Source: Devosia equisanguinis (GTDB lineage Bacteria > Pseudomonadota > Alphaproteobacteria > Rhizobiales > Devosiaceae). From it: a DNA stretch of 64,000 bases. How positions within the stretch are numbered: the stretch's first letter is position 1; each line of letters starts with the position of its first letter. The notes under the pieces are model-generated. The model was given only the letters and a program-made list of their open reading frames with translations. It searched no databases and was not told where the DNA came from. Position numbers and translations under genes: made by a program. Positions 19,755-29,633 of the stretch are shown piece after piece. The stretch spans positions 300,584 through 364,583 of the forward strand of contig CALRYQ010000002.1 of assembly GCA_943372435.1 (NCBI GenBank), read 5' to 3'.

Positions 19755-20081
19755 ATGAGATTTGTTTTCGGAGTGACGATTGCGGTGATGGTGTCGGTCG
19801 CCATGCCAGTGCAGGCCAAGGATGCCAGCTGTTTCACCACCGATGACGGCGAGTATCCGTGCATGTTCGAGATGACGGCCAAGGATGGCAGTTTCCGGAT
19901 TTCGGCGGCGGGCAAGCCGACGTTTGAGGTGGTGATGGAAGGCGACGGGGTCGCGCTGGTCTATGGCACCTACGAGCGGGGTGGCCGCAGCGTGGCACTG
20001 CCGGGTGAATACGTGCGGGCCGATGATGATCCGGCCTGCTGGGACAATGCGGATACGCAGACGCGCATTTGTGCCTGGTAA
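19755..20081 (+). CDS. small secreted hypothetical protein (four Cys)
   Basis: 108 aa. Signal peptide MRFVFGVTIAVMVSVAMPVQA|KD. Coding-like codon usage. No recognised family. Confidence 0.5.
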   Translation: MRFVFGVTIAVMVSVAMPVQAKDASCFTTDDGEYPCMFEMTAKDGSFRISAAGKPTFEVVMEGDGVALVYGTYERGGRSVALPGEYVRADDDPACWDNADTQTRICAW

Positions 20082-20168
20082 GCGAGAAGGTTTGATGATC
20101 CGCGAATAGACTCTCCGCCCCACCTCTGATACGCGCTTCCGCTTTCTCGTGGTGACCAGGAGGCGGCG

Positions 20169-21017
20169 ATGAGCGGCCCATTCGAAGTGCGTTTTAACAA
20201 TGCCGTGCTGCGCGGAGAAACAGCGGGGATCGGTCTGCCGATTGTGTTTCTCCATGCTGGGGTGTGTGACACGCGCATGTGGAGCAGCCAGATGGACGCG
20301 GTGGCGGCGGAGGGGTTTCGCGCCATTGGCTATGATCGGCGTGGTTATGGGCGTACGGTTTCCGAGGACGTGGCATTCAACCATTTGGATGATCTGGACG
20401 CGGTTCTGGCCCATCTCGATATCCATGCGGTGATCCTGGTGGGATGTTCGCTGGGCGGTGGTTTGGCGGTGGATTTCGCCCTCCGCCATCCGGGTCGGGT
20501 GATCGGGCTGGTGCTGATGGGCGCGGCAATCTCCGGGGCGACCTATGACGTTTTGGAAAGCGAGCAGGCGGTCGACATGGCGGAGGCCGACGCTATCGAG
20601 CGCGGCGATCTCGACATGCTCAACAAGGTGCAGGCCCATGCCTGGCTCGACGGACCACGCGCGCAGAATGGCCGGGTGAGCGGCGCGGTTCGGGAGCTAT
20701 TTTTAGACATGAACGGTTTGGCGCTGCACTCCAGTGCGCTGACCAAGGCGATCAGTCGTCCGCCGTCCTATGATAAAGTGGACACCATTAGCGCCCCAAG
20801 CTTGTTGATGGTGGGGGACCAGGACTTCAACAATCTGATCCAGTTGCATGAGTATCTGTCCGAGGAAATGCCCAACGCTTTTGCGGTGGTCCTGGAAAAT
20901 GTTGCCCATATCCCGAGCATCGAACGGCCCGATCTGGTCAACCCGCTGCTGCTGGAATTTCTCGACGCCGTCATCGGCGGCGATGATGACGATGAGGTCG
21001 ATCCCGAGCACGAATAG
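20169..21017 (+). CDS. alpha/beta-fold hydrolase
   Basis: 282 aa. HAG oxyanion region (VFLHAGVCD) and nucleophile elbow GCSLGG. Confidence 0.8.
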   Translation: MSGPFEVRFNNAVLRGETAGIGLPIVFLHAGVCDTRMWSSQMDAVAAEGFRAIGYDRRGYGRTVSEDVAFNHLDDLDAVLAHLDIHAVILVGCSLGGGLAVDFALRHPGRVIGLVLMGAAISGATYDVLESEQAVDMAEADAIERGDLDMLNKVQAHAWLDGPRAQNGRVSGAVRELFLDMNGLALHSSALTKAISRPPSYDKVDTISAPSLLMVGDQDFNNLIQLHEYLSEEMPNAFAVVLENVAHIPSIERPDLVNPLLLEFLDAVIGGDDDDEVDPEHE

Positions 21018-21028
21018 GGCTAAAGCCT

Positions 21029-21091
21029 GCCTCAACCATTGAATCATCAGCTTCAAGGCCTGATTCAATGGGATGAACTCCTAGTTGAGGG
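21029..21091. repeat. nested inverted repeat (potential stem-loop element)
   Basis: Inner perfect 10-bp inverted repeat CCATTGAATC(21036-21045)/GATTCAATGG(21062-21071). It is enclosed by an outer 7-bp pair CCTCAAC(21029-21035)/GTTGAGG(21085-21091). Confidence 0.5.
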
Positions 21092-21300
21092 AGTTGCCGA
21101 AATGAATCAGGTTTTTCCTCGCAAGCCTTTGAAAAAGCTTGTGTCTGCGGCCAGGCATCTGGATGAGATTACCGTGTTCATGCGTTGCCCATAACAAATC
21201 CAAACAGCGGCGATCACAAACTCTGATTGGCCGGGGGGCAGCCTGCCTGTTAGGAGAAGTCTCTGCCGTCGCAGCGCCGTTTGAGGCGCGGAGCCAATGT

Positions 21301-22236
21301 ATGTCCCTGCCAGAAACTGCGCCTGAACTTGCCGAGCCTGCGATCCATCCTGCCGTCGATGTGCGCGGGGGCGTCCTGGCCGCTCTGGCTGCCTATTTTC
21401 TCTGGGGCTTTTTACCGCTGCTTTTCCATGCGCTGAATGGTGTCGGCTCGGTGACGATCGTTGCGGAACGAACCATCTGGTCGCTGGTGCTGGTCGGCAT
21501 CATCCTGCTGATTACCGGAAAATTCGGCGAGGTCCGGGCTGCCTTGGCAGATGGGCGCAAAGCGCGGATCATGGCACTGTCGGCGGTGCTGCTATCTGGC
21601 AATTGGCTGCTCTATGTGTGGGCAGTGGAAACCGGGCAGGTGCTGGAAGCCAGCTTTGGCTATTTCATCAATCCGTTGGTCAATGTTGGCATGGGCATGG
21701 TGTTGCTCGGTGAGCGTCAGAATTTTTGGCAAACCGTGGCAATTGCTATCGCTGCGGTGGCGATCCTGCTGCAGGCGGTTGGTCTCGGCAGCGTGCCCTT
21801 TATCGCCTTGGGGCTGGCATTTTCATTTGGGTTTTATGGCTATTTTCGCAAGACGGCTTCGGTTGGCTCCACCGTTGGGCTGTTTGCGGAGACATTGATG
21901 CTGGCGCCATTGGCGTTTGGCTATGTCGGCTTTCAGATCATCACGACGGGTTGGGGCCCACACGCTGATCCCAGCACCATGGCACTGCTGGTTTTGTGCG
22001 GCCCGGCAACGGCCGTGCCGCTCTTATTGTTTGCCTATGGGGTGCAGCGCCTGCGGCTGACAACTATTGGCATGTTCCAGTATATCGGTCCCTCGATCCA
22101 GTTTGTCGTGGCCATTGCCGTGTTCGGCGAGCATTTGAATACGACGCGCCTGGTCAGCTTTGCGTTGATCTGGGTGTCGCTGATGGTGTTCAGTTGGGAC
22201 AGTTATCGTCAGCACAGCAAGCGGGTGAACGCCTAA
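21301..22236 (+). CDS. rarD: EamA/DMT-family transporter RarD
   Basis: The track ORF is over-extended. ATG 21301 gives 311 aa with 10 predicted TM segments and a RarD-like N-terminus (GVLAALAAYFLWGFLPLLF). Confidence 0.82.
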   Translation: MSLPETAPELAEPAIHPAVDVRGGVLAALAAYFLWGFLPLLFHALNGVGSVTIVAERTIWSLVLVGIILLITGKFGEVRAALADGRKARIMALSAVLLSGNWLLYVWAVETGQVLEASFGYFINPLVNVGMGMVLLGERQNFWQTVAIAIAAVAILLQAVGLGSVPFIALGLAFSFGFYGYFRKTASVGSTVGLFAETLMLAPLAFGYVGFQIITTGWGPHADPSTMALLVLCGPATAVPLLLFAYGVQRLRLTTIGMFQYIGPSIQFVVAIAVFGEHLNTTRLVSFALIWVSLMVFSWDSYRQHSKRVNA

Positions 22237-22838
22237 TGGTTGAGATCATTCCGGCCCGCACTTTGAAGGGCCAGGTCGCGGGCCTGTTCAGCGCGCTGGA
22301 TGGGGGGTTTGAAACGGCCGCCGTGGCAGAACTGGCTTTGAGCTATGACGGCATTGCCGGGGACCGACACGCAGGCGCCCTCCGGCCCAGTGGGGCGCGT
22401 GAACCCTGGTATCCTCGTGGCACCGAGATGGCCAATGAACGGCAATTGTCGATCCTGGGGTCGGGCGACTTGCAGGATATCGCCAAGGCACTGGCGATCC
22501 CGGAACTACCGGCGCAATGGATCGGCGGCAATATTGTGATCGAGGGCATTGGCCAGTTCAGCCTGTTGCCGCCCCGGACGCTCCTGATGTTTGACAATGG
22601 CGTCACAGTCAGGATCGACGGCGACAATGGGCCCTGTCGGTACTCGGGGCGGGCAATTGCCGGCCACGTTGCCGACCGATCTGACATAGAATTTGAATTT
22701 GTCAAAGTGGCCAAATACAAACGGGGTCTGGTGGGTTGGGTGGAACGCGCCGGAACCATTTTGCCAGGCGAAGGGGTCACGGTGCGGATATGGGAGCAGT
22801 GGATCTATCCACCAGCCCAGGCTTCGTTGGCGCTCTAG
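22236..22838 (+). CDS. MOSC domain-containing protein
   Basis: The ATG overlaps the rarD stop (TAATG). 200 aa, MVEIIPARTLKG...GIAGDRHAG...GGNIVIEG...PCRY, a MOSC beta-barrel-like pattern. Confidence 0.72.
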   Translation: MVEIIPARTLKGQVAGLFSALDGGFETAAVAELALSYDGIAGDRHAGALRPSGAREPWYPRGTEMANERQLSILGSGDLQDIAKALAIPELPAQWIGGNIVIEGIGQFSLLPPRTLLMFDNGVTVRIDGDNGPCRYSGRAIAGHVADRSDIEFEFVKVAKYKRGLVGWVERAGTILPGEGVTVRIWEQWIYPPAQASLAL

Positions 22839-23140
22839 GGGCAGCCGGTTACGGCGGTCGCCACCCTGCGCAAGGTGATGGACGCGCCACCTATGACCCT
22901 GGTTTGACGCCACAAAAGCCCCCACAAAAACCATTGACCAACTGATCGCGGGATTGTCGCTCTGGCGCGGCAAGGCGCCTAAAGCATTGCAATTCATTCG
23001 AAAATTGGTGTGCCTGTCCAGGGCGGTTGCCCCCGAAATCTCCGACAATTTTAATCAAATCGTCTTGCCGGCTTTCAGCGGGCGCGAGAACTCTGGTGAC
23101 ACAGTGGCGTCATAGCAGCCCAATTTGCCCGGAGACGACG

Positions 23141-24274
23141 ATGAGCGAACTTGATGTAGGCCAGAAGGCGTTTTCCAGCTTTCGCGTTTTGAACGGCGAC
23201 GCAAATGTTTCCGAGCGGGACCAGTTGTTCCGGAATATGGGTCAGTTGTTCGCATATGTTTCGGACCGCTGCGACGACGATCAGGTCGCCCAATATGACG
23301 AAGTCCTCTGCCATCTGGCCGAGCTGGTCGAAGTGGAAGCGCGCGCCCATGTGGCCAGGCTACTTGCACCGCTCGAACGGGCGCCGGGGACGGTCGTGGT
23401 CAAACTGGCCAACGACACAATTGACGTTGCCAAGCCATTGCTTGAGTTCTCCAATGTTCTGTCTGATGATGATTTGATCGATATTATCGGCAAGCAGACA
23501 GAGGATCATCGTCTGGCGATCGCCGGGCGGCCCAGCGTTGCTGAACGAGTCGGTGAAGCGATTGTCGATCATGGTGGCCCCGCCTCGGTTTTGCGTCTGG
23601 TGCGCAATGCCAGTGCTGAACTTGGCCATGCGACCCTTGAAAAACTCCTGGTCCGTGCCGAGCGCGACACCGAAATGGCCGCCGATCTGCGCGGGCGCTC
23701 CGAAATCGACTGGACCTCATTGCGTGCGAAAATCGACACAGTCGGCGACCAGGTGCTGGAGAATTTGAGCCAAGTCGACAAACGGGTCGACACCACCGCA
23801 GCCGCCAGCAAGGTCAATGCAGTGGTGTATAATCGGCTCCGTAACCGCGCCGGCTTCTCGGCTGCGCAGTGGAGAGTGGCCTATAATCAGGTCAAGGCGC
23901 TCAGTGATCGCCGCCAGCTCGACGAAAAAGCGCTGGCTCGCTTTGCCCGCTTTGGCTATGGCCACCATGCTGCTGCCGGGCTCACAGTGATGATGGGTGT
24001 CGGGCCGGAAGTGTTTATCAAATGGCTGGCGATGCAAGACTATGTTGCCGTTACGGTTGCTCTCAAGGCCGCCGGGTTGATGCCGGACCTGTTCGAGGCA
24101 CTTGTTGCCACAATGCCCTGGCGTGACCTGCCAACGGAGCAGGACAAGCGCAACGCCTTGGTTCGTTTCGAAAATATCAGTCGAGACGAAGCCAGTGGCA
24201 TTTTTGACCTCTGGCGGGCCCATTCGTTCCGCAAGCGTGCGCCACAAGACGAACGCAGCGCCAATGTTGGCTGA
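23141..24274 (+). CDS. DUF2336 domain-containing protein
   Basis: The track ORF is over-extended. ATG 23141 gives 377 aa of helical-repeat protein (...EVEARAHVARLLAPLERAP...VLRLVRNASAELGHATLEKL). The family call comes from sequence pattern only. Confidence 0.65.
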   Translation: MSELDVGQKAFSSFRVLNGDANVSERDQLFRNMGQLFAYVSDRCDDDQVAQYDEVLCHLAELVEVEARAHVARLLAPLERAPGTVVVKLANDTIDVAKPLLEFSNVLSDDDLIDIIGKQTEDHRLAIAGRPSVAERVGEAIVDHGGPASVLRLVRNASAELGHATLEKLLVRAERDTEMAADLRGRSEIDWTSLRAKIDTVGDQVLENLSQVDKRVDTTAAASKVNAVVYNRLRNRAGFSAAQWRVAYNQVKALSDRRQLDEKALARFARFGYGHHAAAGLTVMMGVGPEVFIKWLAMQDYVAVTVALKAAGLMPDLFEALVATMPWRDLPTEQDKRNALVRFENISRDEASGIFDLWRAHSFRKRAPQDERSANVG

Positions 24275-24337
24275 CCGTACCTGAGTGGTATTTCGCGATC
24301 TTCCGCTTTAGGCTCTAGACCGCTCCATTCGCTGCAT

Positions 24338-24353
24338 ATAAAGATATCTTTAT
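24338..24353. promoter_or_regulatory. perfect 16-bp palindrome, candidate operator of the downstream ArsR-type regulator
   Basis: ATAAAGATATCTTTAT is fully self-complementary. It lies 18 nt upstream of the regulator start, inside a short AT-rich patch. Confidence 0.5.
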
Positions 24354-24370
24354 GTGTTGCGGGGAGTGCT

Positions 24371-25342
24371 GTGGTGGAATTGGGTTCGTTAGTTGGGGTG
24401 CTGAAGGCTGCGGGTGAGGACACCCGCCTGCGGCTTCTGGCATTGCTGGCCGAAGGTGACCACACGGTCAAGGACCTGACCGAAATATTGCGGCAGAGCC
24501 AGCCCCGGGTCTCTCGGCATCTCAAGTTATTGGCCGATGCTGGCCTGGTGCAACGCAACGCCGAAGGTGCGTGGGCCTATTATGGTCTCAGCCAGCAGGG
24601 CGAGGTTGCGGCTTTAGCGCAATGGCTGGTCGCAAGAATTGATGACGACGCGGCGCGCCGCCGCGACCGGGAACGCCAGAGCGCAGTCCGGATCGCCCAG
24701 CAGATACAGGCCGCCGACTATTTCTCCAAGGTTGCTGGCAGTTGGGACGAGTTGCGCAAGCTCCATGTTGATGAGGCTGCGGTCGAAGCGGCGGTTATGG
24801 ATGCGCTTCGCGGGCGAAGCCTCGACCTGTTGATCGATCTCGGAACTGGCACTGGCCGGATGCTGGAGGTGCTGGCGGGAACTTACAAGCGCGGTATCGG
24901 CGTTGATTCCAGCCGCGAAATGCTGGCAGTGGCGCGCGCAAAACTGATTGCCGCCGGTATCGGCCACGCGCAGGTGCGGCTTGGCGATATTGGGGAGCTC
25001 GACGCAAACGTTGGCTTGGCCGACGTGGTGGTGCTTCACCAAGTGCTGCATTATTTTGATGATCCTGGGCGAATGTTGGCGCAGGCCAAGCGCGTTTTGA
25101 AGCGTGGTGGCGATATTTTGATTGTTGATTTTGCCCCGCATGACCACGAGTTCTTGCGGGCTGAGCACGCGCACCGACGTCTGGGCCTGTCCGCCGCACA
25201 GGTGACCGGATGGGCAAGCGCCCTCGGGCTCAAGGTGACGCTGGCCTCCGAGTTTTTGAGCGACAGTGGCGAGCAAGGGCTGACCGTGTGCCTGTGGCGG
25301 TTGACCGATACGGACGCAGTACAAGTTTTGAATGGATCATGA
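24371..25342 (+). CDS. sahR: ArsR-family HTH fused to a SAM-dependent methyltransferase-like domain (SahR-type methionine-cycle regulator)
   Basis: 323 aa. N-terminal ArsR wHTH (RLRLLALLAEGDHTVKDLTEILRQSQPRVSRHLKLLADAGLV). C-terminal class-I methyltransferase fold (LLIDLGTGTGRML). Translationally coupled (ATGA) to metF. Confidence 0.68.
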   Translation: MVELGSLVGVLKAAGEDTRLRLLALLAEGDHTVKDLTEILRQSQPRVSRHLKLLADAGLVQRNAEGAWAYYGLSQQGEVAALAQWLVARIDDDAARRRDRERQSAVRIAQQIQAADYFSKVAGSWDELRKLHVDEAAVEAAVMDALRGRSLDLLIDLGTGTGRMLEVLAGTYKRGIGVDSSREMLAVARAKLIAAGIGHAQVRLGDIGELDANVGLADVVVLHQVLHYFDDPGRMLAQAKRVLKRGGDILIVDFAPHDHEFLRAEHAHRRLGLSAAQVTGWASALGLKVTLASEFLSDSGEQGLTVCLWRLTDTDAVQVLNGS

Positions 25343-26241
25343 CGATGTTTGAAGACTCTCCCCGGCTTAGCCGCCGCAGCGCCCATGATCGCCCCGATTT
25401 GCAGCTATCGTTTGAATTTTTTCCGCCCAAAACTGATGTGATGGAGGAACGGTTCTGGGACTCGATCAAAAAGCTGGCTCCGCTGCATCCGCGTTTTGTG
25501 TCCGTCACCTATGGCGCCGGGGGCTCGACGCGGGAACGCACGCTGCGCCTGGTATCCAAGATCACTTCGGAGACCGGGGTGGAGGCTGCGGCGCATCTGA
25601 CCTGCGTTGGCGCCAGCAAGGCCGAAGTGGATGCCGTCGTGCGCGGCTATCAGGCGGCGGGGGTCAATCGGATCGTGGCGTTGCGCGGCGATCCGCCCGA
25701 GGGCGTTGGGCAGGCCTTTACCCCACGCCATGACGGGTATCAGAATGCTGCCGATCTGGTGGCGGGGCTGCGTCGGCTGGGCGACTTTGATATCACCGTT
25801 GCCGCTTACCCGGAAAAACACCCGCAAAGCTCCAATTGGCAGGCCGATATCGATAATCTGAAGCGCAAGCTGGATGCGGGCGCCAACCGCGCCATTACCC
25901 AGATGTTTTTCGACAATGAAGACTATCTGCGTTATCTGGAGCGGGCCCGCAAAGCCGGGATTACCGCGCCGATTGTGCCCGGAATACAGCCGATCCACAG
26001 CTTCAAGCAGATTGCCGGATTTGCCGGAAGGTGCGGCGCCTCGATTCCATCATGGTTGGCCGAAAGGTTCGAAGGGCTGGAGGAAGACCCGGAGACTCAC
26101 GCTTTGGTCGCTGCTGCTGTGGCGGCGGAACAAGTGACGGAACTGCTGGATCAAGGGGTTACCGAGTTCCATTTCTATACGCTCAATCGCTCCAATTTGG
26201 TACTGGCACTGGCGCGGCTGTTGGGGCGGCGGGCAATCTAG
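25339..26241 (+). CDS. metF: methylenetetrahydrofolate reductase
   Basis: The track ORF is over-extended. ATG 25339 gives 300 aa, with LSFEFFPPKT...FVSVTYGAGGSTRERT typical of MetF. Confidence 0.9.
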   Translation: MTMFEDSPRLSRRSAHDRPDLQLSFEFFPPKTDVMEERFWDSIKKLAPLHPRFVSVTYGAGGSTRERTLRLVSKITSETGVEAAAHLTCVGASKAEVDAVVRGYQAAGVNRIVALRGDPPEGVGQAFTPRHDGYQNAADLVAGLRRLGDFDITVAAYPEKHPQSSNWQADIDNLKRKLDAGANRAITQMFFDNEDYLRYLERARKAGITAPIVPGIQPIHSFKQIAGFAGRCGASIPSWLAERFEGLEEDPETHALVAAAVAAEQVTELLDQGVTEFHFYTLNRSNLVLALARLLGRRAI

Positions 26242-26362
26242 AGGGTCCATTCACCTCCCGTTCAGTTCAGCCGCGCTATTTTGTGCGGGGCTGTTTCACA
26301 AAATGGCCATCAATGTCCGCTCCTGTGGTGTTGGAGCGGATTGTGGTGCGGGACAAGACACA

Positions 26363-27136
26363 ATGCAGATCGATAGCCGCGTGACCAATGGCCTGGCCTG
26401 GGTCGGACTGATCCTGGTGGTTGGAGTGCTTTCGCTCGATTTTGTTGCAGCCCGGGTGCAGCCGAGCGCGCAGCGCCTGACAATAGCGCGGCAACCCGAT
26501 GTGTTTCCGCTGCCGGTTAGCGCTCGCCCCAAGCCGGCCGTCGCCGTGGCCGCGGGCAAGCCGAGTGCGACCAAGCCCCTACAGGGTCCGGCGATCGGTG
26601 GCGTGTCGGCGACGGCGGGGGCTGTTGATGAGTTCCTTGCCAGCGGCAAGCCGCTGCCATCATATATTTCCGGGGCCGGTTCAGAGCCTGAGACTGCGGC
26701 CACCCAAATGGCGGGCAAGCCGACCACCGCTGTGGTCGCTTCGGTGCCCCCGACTGCTGCAATTGGGGCGCAGCCGGTCTCTGTCGACCCGATCCAAGTG
26801 GGCGCAATCAACACAAGTAGAGTTGCGCCAACACCGATGCCCTTGTCGATGCGGCCGATAGCGGTTGCGCCGCTGATTATCGATGAGGCCGCTATTGGAC
26901 CCAACCCGGAACGGGAGCAGGTTGCTGACCAGAGCGATATTATCGATGCTCAGGATTTGGCGGACTGGGAATACGGACCTTTGTCCGAGTTTTTGGCAAA
27001 TCGCCGAGCCGGGCAAACCAGCCGCACCTATGATGCGGACGGGTTCTTTCTGAACCAGGGGCCAGCGCCGGCCCGCAAGCGCGACCGGGTCGTCGGGCGT
27101 GTGGTCAGCGCTCCATTTTTTCCCTTCAGCGAATAA
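26363..27136 (+). CDS. hypothetical membrane-anchored Ala/Pro-rich protein
   Basis: 257 aa from ATG 26363. One N-terminal TM segment (GLAWVGLILVVGVLSL), then a low-complexity Ala/Pro/Val region. Codon usage looks coding. No recognised family. ATG 26303 is an alternative start. Confidence 0.45.
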   Translation: MQIDSRVTNGLAWVGLILVVGVLSLDFVAARVQPSAQRLTIARQPDVFPLPVSARPKPAVAVAAGKPSATKPLQGPAIGGVSATAGAVDEFLASGKPLPSYISGAGSEPETAATQMAGKPTTAVVASVPPTAAIGAQPVSVDPIQVGAINTSRVAPTPMPLSMRPIAVAPLIIDEAAIGPNPEREQVADQSDIIDAQDLADWEYGPLSEFLANRRAGQTSRTYDADGFFLNQGPAPARKRDRVVGRVVSAPFFPFSE

Positions 27137-27245
27137 CGGTAGATCTATGTTGCGCTGGTAGCGGTGGACCGCGGCGGGTAGAGCCTATACCCTTGCCAAA
27201 CTATTCGTGGCGGTTGCGCTACACAACCCGCGACCGGAGGCGGCG

Positions 27246-27995
27246 ATGACGATTTCCAGCATGCGCCGCACTGACAAGAACCAGGACATCTGGCAAAAAC
27301 TGTCGGATTTCATCGGCTCGTTCTCACAACGGACCGGAGTGGCCGGGTCAATTGTCAATATTTTGGACCCCGACACCTGGTTGCCCGGTGGGCGCGATGC
27401 GGCATTTACGTTGGCGTTGATTGCCCTGTCGGCGAAGATGGCCATGGCTGATGGCGCGGTTACCGCTTCAGAAGTGCGCGCGTTCAATTTGACTGTCGAG
27501 GTTGCCTCAGCCCATCAGCCGCAAGTTGAGCGACTCTTCAATCTGGCCAAACAGGACGTCGCCGGGTTCGAACACTACGCCCGCAAAATCGCCCGCTTTT
27601 TTGCTGATCGCCCCGAGACGCTGGAACATGTCTTGGATAGCCTGTTCTTTATCGCCACTGCCGATGGCATGGTCCACGAGGCAGAGCTGGACTATTTGAA
27701 GTCGGTCAGCACTATTTTTGGGTTTGATCAGGCGCGGTTCGAACAGATGGCGGCCCAGCATGTGATGCTCGACGCTGGTGTTGACCCGTACCTTGTGCTT
27801 GGCCTTTCGCCACAGGCCAAGCCAGACGAAGTGCGCCGCGTCTATCGCGTGCTGGTGGCCGAACACCATCCGGATCGTTTGATTGCGCGCGGCGTTCCCG
27901 GCGAATTGATCGATCTTGCGACTGCTCGAATGGCTTCGATCAACCTCGCCTATAACGCGATCATGAAGCCGCCATTGCCAAAACTGATTGGTTGA
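27246..27995 (+). CDS. TerB-like domain plus C-terminal J-domain co-chaperone (DjlA-like)
   Basis: 249 aa from ATG 27246 (GGAGG upstream). TerB-like segment (LIALSAKMAMADGAVTASEVRAF). C-terminal J domain (DPYLVLGLSPQAKPDEVRRVYRVLVAEHHPDR). Confidence 0.75.
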   Translation: MTISSMRRTDKNQDIWQKLSDFIGSFSQRTGVAGSIVNILDPDTWLPGGRDAAFTLALIALSAKMAMADGAVTASEVRAFNLTVEVASAHQPQVERLFNLAKQDVAGFEHYARKIARFFADRPETLEHVLDSLFFIATADGMVHEAELDYLKSVSTIFGFDQARFEQMAAQHVMLDAGVDPYLVLGLSPQAKPDEVRRVYRVLVAEHHPDRLIARGVPGELIDLATARMASINLAYNAIMKPPLPKLIG

Positions 27996-28033
27996 GCTTG
28001 CCGTGAACTCCAGCACTCATTAAAGCTGCGCTG

Positions 28034-28424
<391 letters not shown>

Positions 28425-28631
28425 ATCAAGTTTGGGCTGCGCTTCACGGCGCGGCCCTTCTTTTTCAGGGCCAAGTTGTTTTGCGTACAGCGATTTCCAT
28501 CGGCAAGGTCGCAAAAACGGTCTTGGGAAACAGAATCTTAAGCGTCCATGGTCAAAGTGCATTCGATCCCACTTTCAGTGCGGATCGTGTGCGTACCGGT
28601 CGGGCGACCGGAAGTGGAGTTCCGCCAGATC

Positions 28632-29633
28632 ATGGGCAAGCGTGTTGTGCCCGAAAGCAGTCAAGCCTCTGGGCCCCATATCCCCGTTTTGCTGAACGAG
28701 GTGATCGCTGCCCTGTCCCCGCTTGATGGACACTGCATCGTCGACGGCACCTTTGGGGCCGGCGGCTATTCGCGTGCACTCCTGAATGCTGGCGCCAAGG
28801 TCATCGCCATTGATCGCGATCCCAACGTGCTCAAATTCGCCGAGGCCTTGAAATCCGAATTCCCGCAGCAGTTTACTTTTGTCGCTGGGACTTTTTCCGA
28901 GCTCGATAGCCTTGCCGCAGCCCATGGTGGGGTTGATGGCGTGGTGCTCGATATTGGGGTTTCGTCGATGCAGCTGGACGAAGCCGAGCGCGGGTTCTCG
29001 TTCATGCGGGACGGGCCGCTCGACATGCGGATGGACCCAAGCGGGCAAAGCGCCGCCGATATTGTCAACGAGTTCGAAACCGAGGCGTTGGCCAATTTGC
29101 TGTATGCATTTGGCGAGGAACGCAAATCGCGCCGCATTGCCCAGTTTATCGTTGCCGCCCGGGACATTGCCCCGATCACCACGACCCTGGAACTTGCCAA
29201 GATCATCGAGAAATCCATCGGGCGCAAGCCGGGCGATCCGCACCCGGCAACGCGGAGTTTTCAGGCGCTGCGCATCGCCGTCAACGGCGAATTTGAGCAA
29301 TTGGTCGAGGGCCTTTTTGCAGCTGAACGACTGTTGGGCGAGGGTGGTCGGCTGGCGGTGATCGCTTTTCACTCGCTTGAGGATCGAATCGTCAAACGCT
29401 TTCTTGACCCGGACAAAGGGGCGCCGACACAGTCGCGTCACCTGCCTCAGGTTCAAATTGACGCGCGGCGTTGGGTCGAGGTGGCCAAAGCCAGAAAACC
29501 AGGCTCGGAAGAGCTTGCCCGCAATCCTCGGTCGCGCTCGTCAATTTTGCGGTCAGCAACCCGATCGGACGCGGCGGCGCGCGCAGCAAGCTTTGAGGGT
29601 CTTGGCGTGCCGGTGGTGAGGGACGCAAATTGA
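28632..29633 (+). CDS. rsmH: 16S rRNA (cytosine1402-N4)-methyltransferase RsmH
   Basis: SAM motif DGTFGAGGYS and HIPVLLNEV near the N-terminus. The track ORF starts at 28548. ATG 28632 gives 333 aa, nearer the usual family length. Confidence 0.9.
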   Translation: MGKRVVPESSQASGPHIPVLLNEVIAALSPLDGHCIVDGTFGAGGYSRALLNAGAKVIAIDRDPNVLKFAEALKSEFPQQFTFVAGTFSELDSLAAAHGGVDGVVLDIGVSSMQLDEAERGFSFMRDGPLDMRMDPSGQSAADIVNEFETEALANLLYAFGEERKSRRIAQFIVAARDIAPITTTLELAKIIEKSIGRKPGDPHPATRSFQALRIAVNGEFEQLVEGLFAAERLLGEGGRLAVIAFHSLEDRIVKRFLDPDKGAPTQSRHLPQVQIDARRWVEVAKARKPGSEELARNPRSRSSILRSATRSDAAARAASFEGLGVPVVRDAN

